Positions 18,264 to 29,187 of a stretch of 64,000 nt of DNA are shown here, piece by piece. The notes under the pieces are model-generated. The model searched no databases and was not told the DNA's origin. It saw nothing but the letters and a program-made list of their open reading frames with translations. Source of the DNA: an uncultured Hydrogenophaga sp. (GTDB taxonomy: Bacteria > Pseudomonadota > Gammaproteobacteria > Burkholderiales > Burkholderiaceae_C); the NCBI GenBank assembly GCA_964396895.1, contig CAYNGJ010000015.1, positions 33,831 through 97,830 of the forward strand. Reading direction: 5' to 3'. The stretch's first letter is position 1. The number at the start of each line of letters is the position of its first letter. The translations under genes were made by a program, and so were the position numbers.

Positions 18264-18641
18264 ATGCAGGAATCCCCCAGTGAGGCAGGCGACCAAGGGC
18301 AAAAGGTCAGGGTGTTCGAGCTGGCCGCCGAGTTGTTCGGCGTGTTGGCCACACCCATGCGCCTGCGCATCCTCAGCGCGCTGTGCGACACGGAGAAGTC
18401 GGTGTCACAGTTGCTCAGTGAAATCGACACCACCCAACCCAATCTGTCCCAGCACCTGAATGTGCTGTACCGCACAGGGGTGCTGGCCAAACGCAAAGAA
18501 GGTACACAGGTGATTTACCGTGTCCAGAGCGAGCAAGCCGTCACTTTGTGCCGAACGGTGTGCACCCAAATTGCCATCGAGATGGACGAGCCAGGCAGCA
18601 TTCCGGTGGCCCAGCGGCTGTCACCGCGCATGGTTCCCTGA
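18264..18641 (+). CDS. ArsR/SmtB family transcriptional regulator
   Basis: LFGVLATPMRLRILSALCDTEKSVSQLLSEIDTTQPNLSQHLNVLYRTGVLAKRKEG is a winged HTH. Confidence 0.85.
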   Translation: MQESPSEAGDQGQKVRVFELAAELFGVLATPMRLRILSALCDTEKSVSQLLSEIDTTQPNLSQHLNVLYRTGVLAKRKEGTQVIYRVQSEQAVTLCRTVCTQIAIEMDEPGSIPVAQRLSPRMVP

Positions 18642-18926
18642 GCCTGGACCAGGCGTCTAGTCATCGGTTGCTTGGCTCGCAGACGTCGACGCCTGCCTGA
18701 CAAACACCTGACCGGTAGCAGGCCAGCAACACTGAACGTGCTCTTGTTTTTTTATCGGCATACGCCACAGATTTCTTGCACTTGCCTGCTTGCAGGTGAG
18801 ACAATATCGAGTTGCAGAACTTGGCCCTTCCTGTCACAGTCGCATCCGCCCAACGGTACAGCCGTGTCGCGGAAGGTTTCTTAACCAGCTCATGTTTCCC
18901 AGAGGGAGACGGAGGTCAGCGAAACA

Positions 18927-21803
18927 ATGAACGAGACTAACAACGTCTACAGTGCCTTCAAAGGCAACTCGTACCTTTTCGGCGGTAACGCCCCCTACGT
19001 GGAAGAGATGTATGAAAACTACCTCTCCAACCCCGGCAGCGTTTCCGACACTTGGCGCAGTTATTTTGATGCGCTGCAAAATGTCCCGGCTGTGGATGGC
19101 ACCGATGCGCGCGACGTGCCTCACCTGCCCGTCATCAATGCCTTTGCCGAGCGCGCCAAACAAGGCACGACCCAGGTGGTGTTGGCCAGTCCAGATTCCG
19201 AGATGGGCCGCAAGCGGGTTTACACCCAACAGCTGATTGCCGCTTATCGCAACGTCGGTGCACGCTGGGCCGATCTGGACCCCCTGAAGCGCACGGAGCG
19301 TGAACACATTCCCGAGTTGGATCCCGCCTTCTATGGCCTGACCGACGCTGACATGGAAACCGTGTTCAACACCAGCAACACCTTCTTTGGCCGCGACACC
19401 ATGTCGCTGCGCGAGCTGATGAATGCGCTGCGTGAAACCTACTGCGGCACCATTGCGGCCGAGTACATGTACACCACCGACCAGAACCAAAAGCGCTGGT
19501 GGCAGGAAAAGCTCGAATCCATTCGCAGCAAGCCCAATTTCACGGCTGAGAAGAAAAAGCACATCCTGGGTCGTTTGACAGCCGCCGAGGGTCTGGAGCG
19601 TTTTCTTCACACCAAATACGTGGGGCAAAAGCGCTTCTCGCTGGAAGGCGGCGAGAGCTTCATTGCCTCCATGGACGAGCTGATTCAGTCCGCCGGAGCC
19701 AAGGGCGTGCAGGAAATCGTGATCGGCATGGCCCACCGGGGCCGTTTGAACGTGCTCGTCAACACCCTGGGCAAGATGCCCAAGAACCTGTTTGCCGAGT
19801 TCGACCACACCGCCCCCGAAGACCTGCCCAGCGGTGATGTGAAGTACCACCAGGGTTTCAGCTCTGACGTGACCACACCCGGCGGTCCCGTTCACCTGAC
19901 GCTGGCGTTCAACCCTTCCCACTTGGAAATTGTCAACCCCGTGGTGGAGGGTTCGGTGCGCGCGCGCATGGACCGCCGTGGTGACCCATCAGGCAAGCAA
20001 GTGCTGCCCGTGTTGGTGCACGGTGACGCGGCCTTCGCAGGTCAGGGTGTGGTCATGGAAACGCTGGCTCTGGCCGAAACCCGTGGTTATTTCACGGGTG
20101 GCACGGTCCACTTGGTCATCAACAACCAAATTGGCTTCACCACATCCGACCCCCGTGACAGCCGCTCCACGCTGTACTGCTCGGACGTGGTCAAGATGAT
20201 CGAATCGCCGGTGTTGCACGTCAACGGCGACGACCCTGAGGCCGTGGTGTTGGCCACCCAGTTGGCACTGGAATTCCGCATGGAGTTCAAGAAAGACGTG
20301 GTGGTGGACATCGTTTGTTTCCGCAAGCTGGGCCACAACGAGCAGGACACCCCCTCGCTCACCCAGCCGCTGATGTACAAAAAGATTGCCGCCCACCCTG
20401 GCACCCGCAAGCTGTATGCGGACAAACTGGCGGCCCAAGGCATGGGCGACTCCCTGGGTGACGACATGTTCAAGGCTTACCGCGCTGACATGGACGCTGG
20501 TCGCCACACCGTTGACCCCGTGCTGACCAACTTCAAGAGCAAGTACGCGGTGGACTGGACACCCTACTTGGGCAAAAAGTGGACCGATGCGGGGGACACC
20601 GCCGTTCCACTGGCCGAGTGGAAACGCTTGGCCGAGCGCCTGACCACCATCCCCGGCAATGTCACACCCCACCAACTGGTGAAGAAGGTGTACGACGACC
20701 GTGCGGCCATGGGGCGTGGCGACATCCCCGTGGATTGGGGCATGGGTGAGCACATGGCATTCGCCTCGCTGGTGGCCAGCGGATACCCTGTGCGCTTGTC
20801 CGGTGAAGACTGCGGACGTGGCACCTTTACCCACCGGCACGCCGTGATTCACGACCAAAACCGTGAAAAGAGCGACGAAGGCACCTACATTCCGCTGCAA
20901 AATGTGGCCGAGAACCAGGCGCCGTTTGTGGTCATCGATTCCATCCTCTCTGAAGAAGCGGTGCTGGCATTTGAATACGGCTATGCGTCCAACGACCCCA
21001 ACACGCTGGTCATCTGGGAAGCGCAGTTTGGCGATTTCGTCAACGGCGCGCAGGTGGTGATTGACCAGTTCATTGCGTCGGGTGAGGTCAAGTGGGGTCG
21101 TGTGAACGGCATCACCCTCATGTTGCCGCACGGGTATGAAGGCCAGGGACCAGAGCACTCGTCAGCTCGCCTGGAGCGCTTCATGCAGCTGTCGGCCGAC
21201 ACCAACATGCAGGTGGTGCAGCCCACCACGGCCAGCCAGATCTTCCATGTGTTGCGCCGCCAGATGGTCCGTAACCTGCGCAAGCCCTTGGTCATCATGA
21301 CCCCCAAGTCGTTGCTTCGCAACAAGGATGCCACCTCCCCACTGTCCGAGTTCACCCGCGGTGCCTTCCAGACCGTGATCGGTGAAACCAATGCCGACGT
21401 GGTGAAAAAAGCCGACAAGGTCAAACGCATCGTGGTGTGTTCCGGCAAGGTGTATTACGACCTGGTCAAGAAGCGTGAAGAAAAGGGCGCGGACGATGTG
21501 GCGATTCTGCGTGTGGAGCAGCTCTACCCGTTCCCCCACAAGGTGTTTGCGTCCGAGTTGAAAAAGTACCCCAACGCCACCGAAGTCATGTGGTGTCAGG
21601 ACGAACCACAGAACCAGGGTGCATGGTTTTTTGTGCAGCACTACATCCATGAAAACATGCTTGAAGGCCAGAAGCTGGGCTATTCAGGCCGCGCATCCTC
21701 GGCATCGCCTGCCGTGGGTTATGCCCATCTCCACCAAGAACAGCAAAAAGCGCTGGTGGACGGCGCTTTCGGCAAGTTCAAAGGTTTTGTTCTGACCAAA
21801 TAA
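18927..21803 (+). CDS. sucA: 2-oxoglutarate dehydrogenase E1 component
   Basis: The 958-aa protein has the typical E1o N-terminus (..YLFGGNAPYVEEMYENYL) and is conserved throughout. Confidence 0.97.
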   Translation: MNETNNVYSAFKGNSYLFGGNAPYVEEMYENYLSNPGSVSDTWRSYFDALQNVPAVDGTDARDVPHLPVINAFAERAKQGTTQVVLASPDSEMGRKRVYTQQLIAAYRNVGARWADLDPLKRTEREHIPELDPAFYGLTDADMETVFNTSNTFFGRDTMSLRELMNALRETYCGTIAAEYMYTTDQNQKRWWQEKLESIRSKPNFTAEKKKHILGRLTAAEGLERFLHTKYVGQKRFSLEGGESFIASMDELIQSAGAKGVQEIVIGMAHRGRLNVLVNTLGKMPKNLFAEFDHTAPEDLPSGDVKYHQGFSSDVTTPGGPVHLTLAFNPSHLEIVNPVVEGSVRARMDRRGDPSGKQVLPVLVHGDAAFAGQGVVMETLALAETRGYFTGGTVHLVINNQIGFTTSDPRDSRSTLYCSDVVKMIESPVLHVNGDDPEAVVLATQLALEFRMEFKKDVVVDIVCFRKLGHNEQDTPSLTQPLMYKKIAAHPGTRKLYADKLAAQGMGDSLGDDMFKAYRADMDAGRHTVDPVLTNFKSKYAVDWTPYLGKKWTDAGDTAVPLAEWKRLAERLTTIPGNVTPHQLVKKVYDDRAAMGRGDIPVDWGMGEHMAFASLVASGYPVRLSGEDCGRGTFTHRHAVIHDQNREKSDEGTYIPLQNVAENQAPFVVIDSILSEEAVLAFEYGYASNDPNTLVIWEAQFGDFVNGAQVVIDQFIASGEVKWGRVNGITLMLPHGYEGQGPEHSSARLERFMQLSADTNMQVVQPTTASQIFHVLRRQMVRNLRKPLVIMTPKSLLRNKDATSPLSEFTRGAFQTVIGETNADVVKKADKVKRIVVCSGKVYYDLVKKREEKGADDVAILRVEQLYPFPHKVFASELKKYPNATEVMWCQDEPQNQGAWFFVQHYIHENMLEGQKLGYSGRASSASPAVGYAHLHQEQQKALVDGAFGKFKGFVLTK

Positions 21804-21812
21804 CCATGGGTT

Positions 21813-21840
21813 TGCAGCGGGCCCAGTAGTGCCCGCTGCA
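21813..21840 (+). other. perfect 10-bp stem-loop in the sucA-sucB spacer
   Basis: TGCAGCGGGC-CCAGTAGT-GCCCGCTGCA. No T-run follows. Confidence 0.6.
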
Positions 21841-21872
21841 TCCCTCAAGCATGAAGAATTGAAGGATTAAAA

Positions 21873-23132
21873 ATGGCTATCGTAGAAGTCAAAGTTCCAC
21901 AGCTGTCCGAGTCGATTGCGGAAGCGACCTTGCTGCAGTGGAAGAAAAAACCCGGTGATCTGGTGGCGGTCGATGAAATCCTCATCGAAATTGAGACCGA
22001 CAAGGTGGTGCTTGAAGTGCCCGCACCTTCCGCAGGCGTGTTGGGTGAAATCGTTGAGGGCGATGGCAGCACCGTCGCGTCCGAGCAGGTGATTGCCCGC
22101 ATCGACACCGATGGCAAAGGCGCCGTCGCGCCTGCCGCAGCCGCACCCGCTGCAGCAGCGCCCGCTCAAGCGGCGGCTGCAGCCCCCGCTGCTGCTGTCT
22201 CCAAGGCCGGTGTGGCCATGCCCGCAGCGGCCAAGCTGATCGCCGACAACCACCTGGTGGTGGGCTCTGTGCCCGGCACGGGCAAAGACGGCCGTGTGAC
22301 CAAGGGTGACGTGTTGGCCGCTGTGGCCGCCAATGCAACCAGGCCCGCTGCTGCAGCAGTCGCCATCCCCACGGGCGTGCCCACCAAGGCCTTGCCCCAG
22401 GTCACGGCCATTCCCACCCCCGACCTGGGTGACCGACCCCAGCAGCGCGTGGCCATGACACGCCTGCGTGCCCGCGTGGCCGAGCGTTTGCTGCAGTCCC
22501 AGGCCACCAACGCCATCCTGACCACGTTCAACGAGGTGAACATGGCGCCAGTGATGGACATGCGCAAAAAATTCCAGGACAAGTTCGAAAAAGAACACGG
22601 CTGCAAGCTGGGTTTCATGAGCTTTTTCGTGAAAGCCGCCGTGCATGCACTGAAGAAGTACCCCGTGCTGAACGCTTCGGTCGATGGCAACGACATCGTT
22701 TACCACGGCTTCTTCGACATCGGCATTGCCGTGGGCTCGCCACGCGGCTTGGTGGTGCCCATCCTGCGCAATGCCGACCAGATGAGCTTTGCCGACATCG
22801 AAAAGAAAATTGCCGAATACGGTCAGAAGGCCAAAGACGGCAAGTTGGGCATTGAAGAAATGACCGGTGGCACCTTCTCCATCTCCAATGGTGGCACCTT
22901 CGGCTCCATGCTGTCGACCCCCATCATCAACCCACCGCAGTCGGCCATTTTGGGCGTGCACGCCACCAAAGACCGTGCGGTGGTGGAGAACGGGCAGATC
23001 GTGATTCGTCCCATCAACTACCTGGCCATGAGCTACGACCACCGCATCATCGACGGTCGCGAAGCCGTGCTGGGCCTGGTGGCCATGAAGGAGGCGTTGG
23101 AAGATCCCTCGCGCCTGCTGTTCGGGATTTGA
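21873..23132 (+). CDS. sucB: dihydrolipoyllysine-residue succinyltransferase (E2o)
   Basis: It has a lipoyl domain ([15 protein letters not shown]), an Ala/Pro linker and the catalytic motif [13 protein letters not shown]. Confidence 0.97.
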   Translation: MAIVEVKVPQLSESIAEATLLQWKKKPGDLVAVDEILIEIETDKVVLEVPAPSAGVLGEIVEGDGSTVASEQVIARIDTDGKGAVAPAAAAPAAAAPAQAAAAAPAAAVSKAGVAMPAAAKLIADNHLVVGSVPGTGKDGRVTKGDVLAAVAANATRPAAAAVAIPTGVPTKALPQVTAIPTPDLGDRPQQRVAMTRLRARVAERLLQSQATNAILTTFNEVNMAPVMDMRKKFQDKFEKEHGCKLGFMSFFVKAAVHALKKYPVLNASVDGNDIVYHGFFDIGIAVGSPRGLVVPILRNADQMSFADIEKKIAEYGQKAKDGKLGIEEMTGGTFSISNGGTFGSMLSTPIINPPQSAILGVHATKDRAVVENGQIVIRPINYLAMSYDHRIIDGREAVLGLVAMKEALEDPSRLLFGI

Positions 23133-23135
23133 TGC

Positions 23136-23187
23136 TTTTTAGGCATCTGGCGCTTACTGTTAAACAATAGTCAGCTACATTTTATTG
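23136..23187 (+). repeat. AT-rich repeat copy R4 (sucB-lpdA spacer)
   Basis: TTTTTAGGCATCTGGCGCTTACTGTTAAACAATAGTCAGCTACATTTTATTG. Confidence 0.75.
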
Positions 23188-23241
23188 CATATTTCCAGGC
23201 CGCCTTCAGCAATGGGGGTGGCCTGTTTTCAAGGTAATCAC

Positions 23242-24669
23242 ATGAGCAAGCAATTTGATGTCATCGTCATCGGTGGCGGTCCCGGCGGCTACATCGCGGC
23301 CATTCGCGCAGCACAACTCGGCTTCAACGTCGCCTGCATTGACGAGTGGAAAAACGACAAGGGCGGCCCCGCACCCGGTGGCACCTGCACCAACGTGGGT
23401 TGCATTCCCTCCAAAGCGCTGCTGCAATCGTCCGAGCACTTTGACCAGGCCAGCCACCACTTTGCCGATCACGGCATTGGCGTCAAAGGCCTGAGCATGG
23501 ACGTGGCCAAAATGGTCGCCCGCAAAGACGCCGTGGTCAAGCAAAACAACGACGGCATCCTGTACCTGCTCAAGAAGAACAAGGTCAGCTTTTTCCATGG
23601 CCGGGGGTCTTTTGGCAAAGTGGTGCCCAACGGCTACGAAATCCAGGTCAGTGGCGCCAATGCGGAAACGCTGGAAGGCAAACAAATCATCGTGGCCACG
23701 GGTTCCAATGCCCGTGCGTTGCCCGGCACTCCCTTCGACGAAGAGCTGGTGCTGTCCAACGAAGGTGCGCTGCGCATCGGCACCGTGCCCAAGAAGCTGG
23801 CCTTGATAGGCTCTGGCGTGATCGGCTTGGAAATGGGATCCGTGTGGCGCCGCCTGGGATCAGAAGTCACCATTCTGGAGGGTTTGCCCACTTTCCTGGG
23901 CGCCGTGGACGAGCAAATTGCCAAAGAAGCCAAGAAGGCGTTCGACAAGCAAGGTCTGAAAATCGAATTGGGCGTTCAGGTCGGCGACATCAAGACCGCC
24001 AAGAAGGGCGTCAGCATTGCCTACACCAACGCCAAAGGCGAAGCACAGAAGCTGGATGTGGACAAACTCATTGTCTCCATTGGCCGCGTGCCCAACACCA
24101 TTGGGCTGAACGCCGAAGCCATTGGCCTGCAATTGGACGAGCGCGGTGCCATTGTGGTGGACGAGCAGTGCCGCACCAACCTGCTGGGTGTCTGGGCGGT
24201 GGGCGACGTGGTGCGTGGCCCCATGCTGGCCCACAAGGCTGAAGAGGAGGGCGTGGCCGTGGCCGAGCGCATTGCTGGTCAGCATGGTCACGTCAACTTC
24301 AACACCATTCCCTGGGTCATCTACACCAGTCCGGAAATTGCCTGGGTTGGACGCACCGAGCAACAGCTGAAGGCCGATGGCGTGAAGTACAAGGCTGGCA
24401 CCTTCCCCTTCCTGGCCAACGGGCGAGCCCGCGCCCTGGGCGACACCACCGGCATGGTCAAGTTCCTGGCCGACGCCGCGACCGACGAAATCCTGGGTGT
24501 TCACATCGTGGGCCCCATGGCCAGCGAGCTGATTGCCGAGGCTGTGGTGGCCATGGAATTCCGCGCCAGCGCGGAAGACATCGCCCGCATCTGCCACGCC
24601 CACCCGTCGCTCAGCGAAGCCACCAAAGAAGCGGCCCTGGCCGTCGACAAGCGTACTTTGAACTTCTGA
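23242..24669 (+). CDS. lpdA: dihydrolipoyl dehydrogenase (E3)
   Basis: Starts at ATG 23242 (MSKQFDVIVIGGGPGGY). It has the redox-active GGTCTNVGCIPSK motif and a C-terminal HAHPSLSE. Confidence 0.96.
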   Translation: MSKQFDVIVIGGGPGGYIAAIRAAQLGFNVACIDEWKNDKGGPAPGGTCTNVGCIPSKALLQSSEHFDQASHHFADHGIGVKGLSMDVAKMVARKDAVVKQNNDGILYLLKKNKVSFFHGRGSFGKVVPNGYEIQVSGANAETLEGKQIIVATGSNARALPGTPFDEELVLSNEGALRIGTVPKKLALIGSGVIGLEMGSVWRRLGSEVTILEGLPTFLGAVDEQIAKEAKKAFDKQGLKIELGVQVGDIKTAKKGVSIAYTNAKGEAQKLDVDKLIVSIGRVPNTIGLNAEAIGLQLDERGAIVVDEQCRTNLLGVWAVGDVVRGPMLAHKAEEEGVAVAERIAGQHGHVNFNTIPWVIYTSPEIAWVGRTEQQLKADGVKYKAGTFPFLANGRARALGDTTGMVKFLADAATDEILGVHIVGPMASELIAEAVVAMEFRASAEDIARICHAHPSLSEATKEAALAVDKRTLNF

Positions 24670-24670
24670 C

Positions 24671-25774
24671 ATGGGTGTCGGTGTCATTGCCGCGTATGAC
24701 AAGGCCCTGAGCGATCGGGGCTTTGTCAGCGATCCAGCACAGGTCCACGCCATTCGCGCCCTTGAGCGTTGCGCCACGGAGTGGGCGGCCTACAAGCACA
24801 AACGCTCCAACTCGCTGAAAAAATTGTTTGTGCGCCCGGAAATACCGCGCGGCGTGTACATGTATGGTGGGGTAGGGCGGGGTAAAAGCTTCCTGATGGA
24901 TTGCTTTTTTCACGCCGTTCCCATTCAACGCAAAACAAGGCTGCACTTCCACGAATTCATGCGCGAAGTGCACCGGGAACTGCGGGAGCTGCAGGGCATC
25001 GTCAACCCGCTGGACGAGCTGGGCAAACGCATGGCGCAGCGATACAAGCTGATTTGCTTCGATGAATTTCACGTGGCAGACGTGACCGATGCCATGGTGC
25101 TGCACCGTTTGCTGGATGCCCTCTTCAAGCACGGGGTGGGGTTTGTCACCACGTCCAACTTTCACCCCGATGGGCTGTACCCCGATGGCTTGCACCGCGA
25201 TCGCATTCTGCCGGCCATCGAGTTGCTGAAGCAGCGGCTGGAAGTGATCAATGTGGACCACGGTACCGACTACCGTCACCGGGCCCTGGAACACGTCCAC
25301 CTGTACCACACCCCCCTGAACGCCGAGGCTGACCAGGCCATGGAACGGGCCTTCAACGACATCGCCGAAGCGGGGGACGAGACACCGGTGCTCACCATTG
25401 AGTCGCGTCAAATCCAGGCCCATCGCAAAGCGGGGGGGCTCATCTGGTTCGACTTCAAGACCCTGTGTGGTGGCCCACGCTCACAAAACGATTACCTGGA
25501 GCTGGCCTCACAGTTCCACACGCTGATGCTGAGCAACGTGCCCCAGATGTCGGTGCGCATGGCCAGCGAGGCCCGTCGGTTCACCTGGTTGGTCGATGTG
25601 CTGTATGACCGAAAGGTCAAACTCGTCATGTCGGCCGAGGTACCGCCCGAGCAGTTGTATGTGGAAGGCCCCATGGCGCACGAGTTTCCCCGCACGGTGT
25701 CCCGGTTGGTGGAAATGCAATCCGCAGAATTTCTGGCCGAACCCCACCGCATGGTGGACACCTCCTTGACGTGA
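24671..25774 (+). CDS. zapE: AFG1/ZapE family ATPase
   Basis: It has a Walker A motif (GGVGRGKSFLMD) and sits in the typical position after lpdA. Confidence 0.85.
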   Translation: MGVGVIAAYDKALSDRGFVSDPAQVHAIRALERCATEWAAYKHKRSNSLKKLFVRPEIPRGVYMYGGVGRGKSFLMDCFFHAVPIQRKTRLHFHEFMREVHRELRELQGIVNPLDELGKRMAQRYKLICFDEFHVADVTDAMVLHRLLDALFKHGVGFVTTSNFHPDGLYPDGLHRDRILPAIELLKQRLEVINVDHGTDYRHRALEHVHLYHTPLNAEADQAMERAFNDIAEAGDETPVLTIESRQIQAHRKAGGLIWFDFKTLCGGPRSQNDYLELASQFHTLMLSNVPQMSVRMASEARRFTWLVDVLYDRKVKLVMSAEVPPEQLYVEGPMAHEFPRTVSRLVEMQSAEFLAEPHRMVDTSLT

Positions 25775-25808
25775 GCGCGCGTGGCCCACGATGTGCGCTG
25801 CCTGCGAG

Positions 25809-26567
25809 TCAGTCGCGGGGCCCCAGCTTGACCACCACCACGGAGAGGTTGTCCCCGTGGCCCTGCGCCCTGTCCCGGGCCAACCTGATCAAGGCTTCAC
25901 ACGCTTCCTTGGCCGAATGCTGCTCGACGATTCTGGCCATTTCCCCATCGGAAAAGTAGTGCCACACACCATCGCTGCAAGCCACGAAAACGTCGCCTGC
26001 CGCGATGACTTGGATGGTGTGTTCTCCGTGCGGAGGTGCCGCAGATGCCCCCAGACAACCCGTCAACACATTGGATTGCGGATGGTTATGGGCTTGCTCC
26101 GGGGTCAACAGACCTTTATCAACCAGCGTTTGCACGTAGGAGTGGTCTGTGGTGCGGCGAACCAACTGGCCGGAGTGGAAGTGGTAGATGCGCGAATCAC
26201 CGGAGTGCACCCAATGGCAGCTGGCATTGGGCATGAGCAAAAAGGCTGCAATGGTGCTGTGGGGTTCCTGCTCGGCAGACACCGCAGTCAGCTGAATGAC
26301 GGTGTGGGCTTCTTGAATGATATTTTGCAGAAATTCGGGGGCGGATTCGGTGTCAGGTGAAAACCGCTCGAACAGCTGCTGCGCCGTCATCAGGACTTGG
26401 TCGGACGCTTTGCGGCCCCCGCTGCGTCCACCCATGCCATCGGCCACAACACCCAGCACACAGCCGGGGACGTGGCTGTGCGACCAAACACCCAACTGAT
26501 CCTGCTGGTAGTCGCGGTCGCCCTTGTGGAGGCCGGTGCCCGCCGTGATGCGGTAGCTGCTGGCCAT
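25809..26567 (-). CDS. PP2C-family Ser/Thr protein phosphatase
   Basis: Supporting motifs are VVADGMGG, HSGDSRIY, ACSDGVW and DNLSVVVVK. Confidence 0.88.
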   Translation of the reverse strand: MASSYRITAGTGLHKGDRDYQQDQLGVWSHSHVPGCVLGVVADGMGGRSGGRKASDQVLMTAQQLFERFSPDTESAPEFLQNIIQEAHTVIQLTAVSAEQEPHSTIAAFLLMPNASCHWVHSGDSRIYHFHSGQLVRRTTDHSYVQTLVDKGLLTPEQAHNHPQSNVLTGCLGASAAPPHGEHTIQVIAAGDVFVACSDGVWHYFSDGEMARIVEQHSAKEACEALIRLARDRAQGHGDNLSVVVVKLGPRD

Positions 26568-26610
26568 CAGCCGTGCGGTGTGAATGCCATCACAACGCTG
26601 GTGACCTTCA

Positions 26611-27423
26611 TCACCACAACTTCCACCAAGGGTCCTTGGCCTGCTGAAAACCCTTGGTCAGGTAGGAGGATTGGGGATAATTTTTCACGAGCACCCGTTT
26701 GGCGTCGTCTTTCAGGCTGGTCATGCCCAAGGCGTCGTATGCCACCACCAGGATGTAGAGCGCTTCTTCCAGTGCGGGGGAGTTGGGGTAATCGGTGATG
26801 GCTGTCTGAGCACGGTTGGCCGCGGCCACATAGGCAGTCCTGTCCAGGTAGTACCGCGCCACGTGAACTTCGTGCTCTGCCAGCGAATTGACGATGTAGG
26901 TCATTCGCAAACGACTGTCCGGTGTGTACCGGGAGTCGGGGAAGCGTGCCACCAGGTCACGGAACGACTCGAAAGACTCTTTGGCGGCAGCCTGATCTCG
27001 CTCAGACAGGTTCTGTTGAGACAGAAAACCGAACATGCCCAGGTTGTCATTGAAGGCCGTGAGCCCTTTCAGGTACAGGGCGTAATCCAATGCGGGGCTG
27101 GCGGGATGGGTTTTCATGAACCTGTCCAACGTGGCCTGCGCCTGGGCCAAGTCTCCGGCCTTGTATTGGGCAAACGCCTTGTCCAACTGGGCTTGTTGGG
27201 CCAGTGGCGTACCGGCCGCGCGTCCCTCCAGTTTCTCCAGCAGGGTCACGGCTTTGTCAAAATTGCCCGATTCACGTTCTTCACGCGCCTCAGACTGGAT
27301 TCTTTGCGTGCTCCAATTGACGGTGGGGTCTTTGGGCGACGATGAGCAGCCGCTCAGTCCCATGACGCCTGCGGCAAACAGCAATGCTGCACCTTGTCGA
27401 AACGATAATTTGGGGCCTTGCAT
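26611..27423 (-). CDS. bamD: outer membrane protein assembly factor BamD
   Basis: Starts at ATG 27423. It has a lipobox (LSGCSS), TPR-like repeats and the usual divergent pairing with rluD. Confidence 0.9.
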   Translation of the reverse strand: MQGPKLSFRQGAALLFAAGVMGLSGCSSSPKDPTVNWSTQRIQSEAREERESGNFDKAVTLLEKLEGRAAGTPLAQQAQLDKAFAQYKAGDLAQAQATLDRFMKTHPASPALDYALYLKGLTAFNDNLGMFGFLSQQNLSERDQAAAKESFESFRDLVARFPDSRYTPDSRLRMTYIVNSLAEHEVHVARYYLDRTAYVAAANRAQTAITDYPNSPALEEALYILVVAYDALGMTSLKDDAKRVLVKNYPQSSYLTKGFQQAKDPWWKLW

Positions 27424-28476
27424 GACACCCTTTCTAGAGCTGGAACCACCACATTGAAGAGCGAAATTATATCGACCGACCCGGACACCTCCGCACTGGA
27501 TCTGGAAGCCGAACAACGCCACTTTCTGGTGTCACCCGACTGGCATGGCCAGCGGGTGGACAAGTGCCTCGCAGGCCTGCTGGGCGAGTTCTCCCGTTCT
27601 TACCTCCAGCAGTTGATGCAACAGGGAGACGTCACCTTGAACGAGCAGGTGCTGACGAAGGCCTCCGCCAAAGTGCGCGCAGGTGACCACATTTGTGTGT
27701 CCCTCAGGCCCACGGACCAAGCTCAGGCTTTCAAGGCTGAGGCCATTGGCCTGGACATCGTCCATGAGGATGACGACTTGCTGGTCATCAACAAGCCGGC
27801 GGGTTTGGTGGTTCATCCGGCGGCAGGTCACTGGTCTGGCACCCTGATGAACGGATTGCTTCACCACCACGGGGGTGCGCAAATGCTGCCGCGTGCCGGC
27901 ATCGTGCACAGACTGGACAAAGACACATCGGGATTGATGGTGGTTGCCAAGACGCGCACGGTGATGGAAGCCTTGGTGCGTCAGATTGCGGCCCGTGACA
28001 TCCATCGGTATTACCTGGCCATCGCCGAAAAGGTGTGGTCACATTTGGGCGTGGTCAGCGTGACGGAGTCACTGGGGCGCGACCCTGCCAACCGGCTCAG
28101 GATGGCCGTGCTGGCACGCGATGCCAGTACGGCCAAGCCCGCACGTACGCTGTTCAAACCGGTGGCCACCAACGGTGATGTGAACCTGGTGGCGTGCAAG
28201 CTGTACACCGGGCGCACACACCAGATTCGGGTTCACCTAGCCTGGTATGGGCACCCGATTTTGGGCGATCTGGTGTACGGTGGTCATGTGCGGCTGGGCA
28301 TGACGCGGCAGGCACTTCATGCCACGCGACTGGAATTCGTTCACCCCGTCACCGGGCAAGGCATGGGGTTTGAGGCACCCCTGCCCGCAGACATGGAAAA
28401 AGTTCTCCAAGACCAGTCCCTGCACTACAATACAGCGTCTTTGGGGTTAGCCACTTTTGGCCTTCCCCCTGACTGA
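27418..28476 (+). CDS. rluD: 23S rRNA pseudouridine synthase RluD
   Basis: It has an S4 domain plus the [15 protein letters not shown] catalytic motif. Only non-ATG starts are available (TTG 27418 or TTG 27454). Confidence 0.9.
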   Translation: MHDTLSRAGTTTLKSEIISTDPDTSALDLEAEQRHFLVSPDWHGQRVDKCLAGLLGEFSRSYLQQLMQQGDVTLNEQVLTKASAKVRAGDHICVSLRPTDQAQAFKAEAIGLDIVHEDDDLLVINKPAGLVVHPAAGHWSGTLMNGLLHHHGGAQMLPRAGIVHRLDKDTSGLMVVAKTRTVMEALVRQIAARDIHRYYLAIAEKVWSHLGVVSVTESLGRDPANRLRMAVLARDASTAKPARTLFKPVATNGDVNLVACKLYTGRTHQIRVHLAWYGHPILGDLVYGGHVRLGMTRQALHATRLEFVHPVTGQGMGFEAPLPADMEKVLQDQSLHYNTASLGLATFGLPPD

Positions 28477-28535
28477 CCTGCCAACGGGTCCTTCCACCTG
28501 CGTGTCGCGGGTGCACTTATCCCACGCTCAGCCCA

Positions 28536-29159
28536 ATGAATTCGGCGCATGCTCGCAGCATCGTGGAAGCTGCACTGATTTGCAGTCCGCAACCTCTGTC
28601 CCTGAAAGATCTGCAAGTCATGTTTGACGGCGAGGTCGGCATGGACACGCTCAAGTATTTGCTGGCCGATTTGCAAAAGGCTTGGGAGGGCAGGGGCGTG
28701 GAGTTGGTGGAAGTGGTGTCGGGTTGGCGCTTCCAGTCCAAGCCTGCATTTCGCCATTTTCTGGACAAGCTACACCCGGAGAAACCACCGAAATATTCCC
28801 GAGCAACCCTGGAAACGCTGGCCATCATTGCCTACAAGCAGCCGGTCACCCGGGGAGACATGGAAGAAATCCGAGGGGTGACCATCAACTCGCAATTGCT
28901 CAAGCAGTTGGAGGACCGGGGCTGGGTGGAGGTGATAGGACACCGTGACACAGTGGGTCGGCCCGCTTTGTTCGCCACCACCCGCCAGTTCTTGGACGAC
29001 CTGGGACTGAAATCGTTGGACGGGTTGCCACTGCTGGAGGGAAGCCTCATGGCATTGGCGCCAGACACGTCACCTGAGCTGCCTTTGACGACCCAAGACA
29101 CCGAAGCGACTGGTTCGCCCGACAACACCCCCACCGAAGCTGAGCCCCTCTCAACTTGA
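28536..29159 (+). CDS. scpB: SMC-Scp complex subunit ScpB
   Basis: Supporting sequence is [59 protein letters not shown]. Confidence 0.9.
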   Translation: MNSAHARSIVEAALICSPQPLSLKDLQVMFDGEVGMDTLKYLLADLQKAWEGRGVELVEVVSGWRFQSKPAFRHFLDKLHPEKPPKYSRATLETLAIIAYKQPVTRGDMEEIRGVTINSQLLKQLEDRGWVEVIGHRDTVGRPALFATTRQFLDDLGLKSLDGLPLLEGSLMALAPDTSPELPLTTQDTEATGSPDNTPTEAEPLST

Positions 29160-29187
29160 CCACCCAATTGCCCTGAGCTCTTACCAC

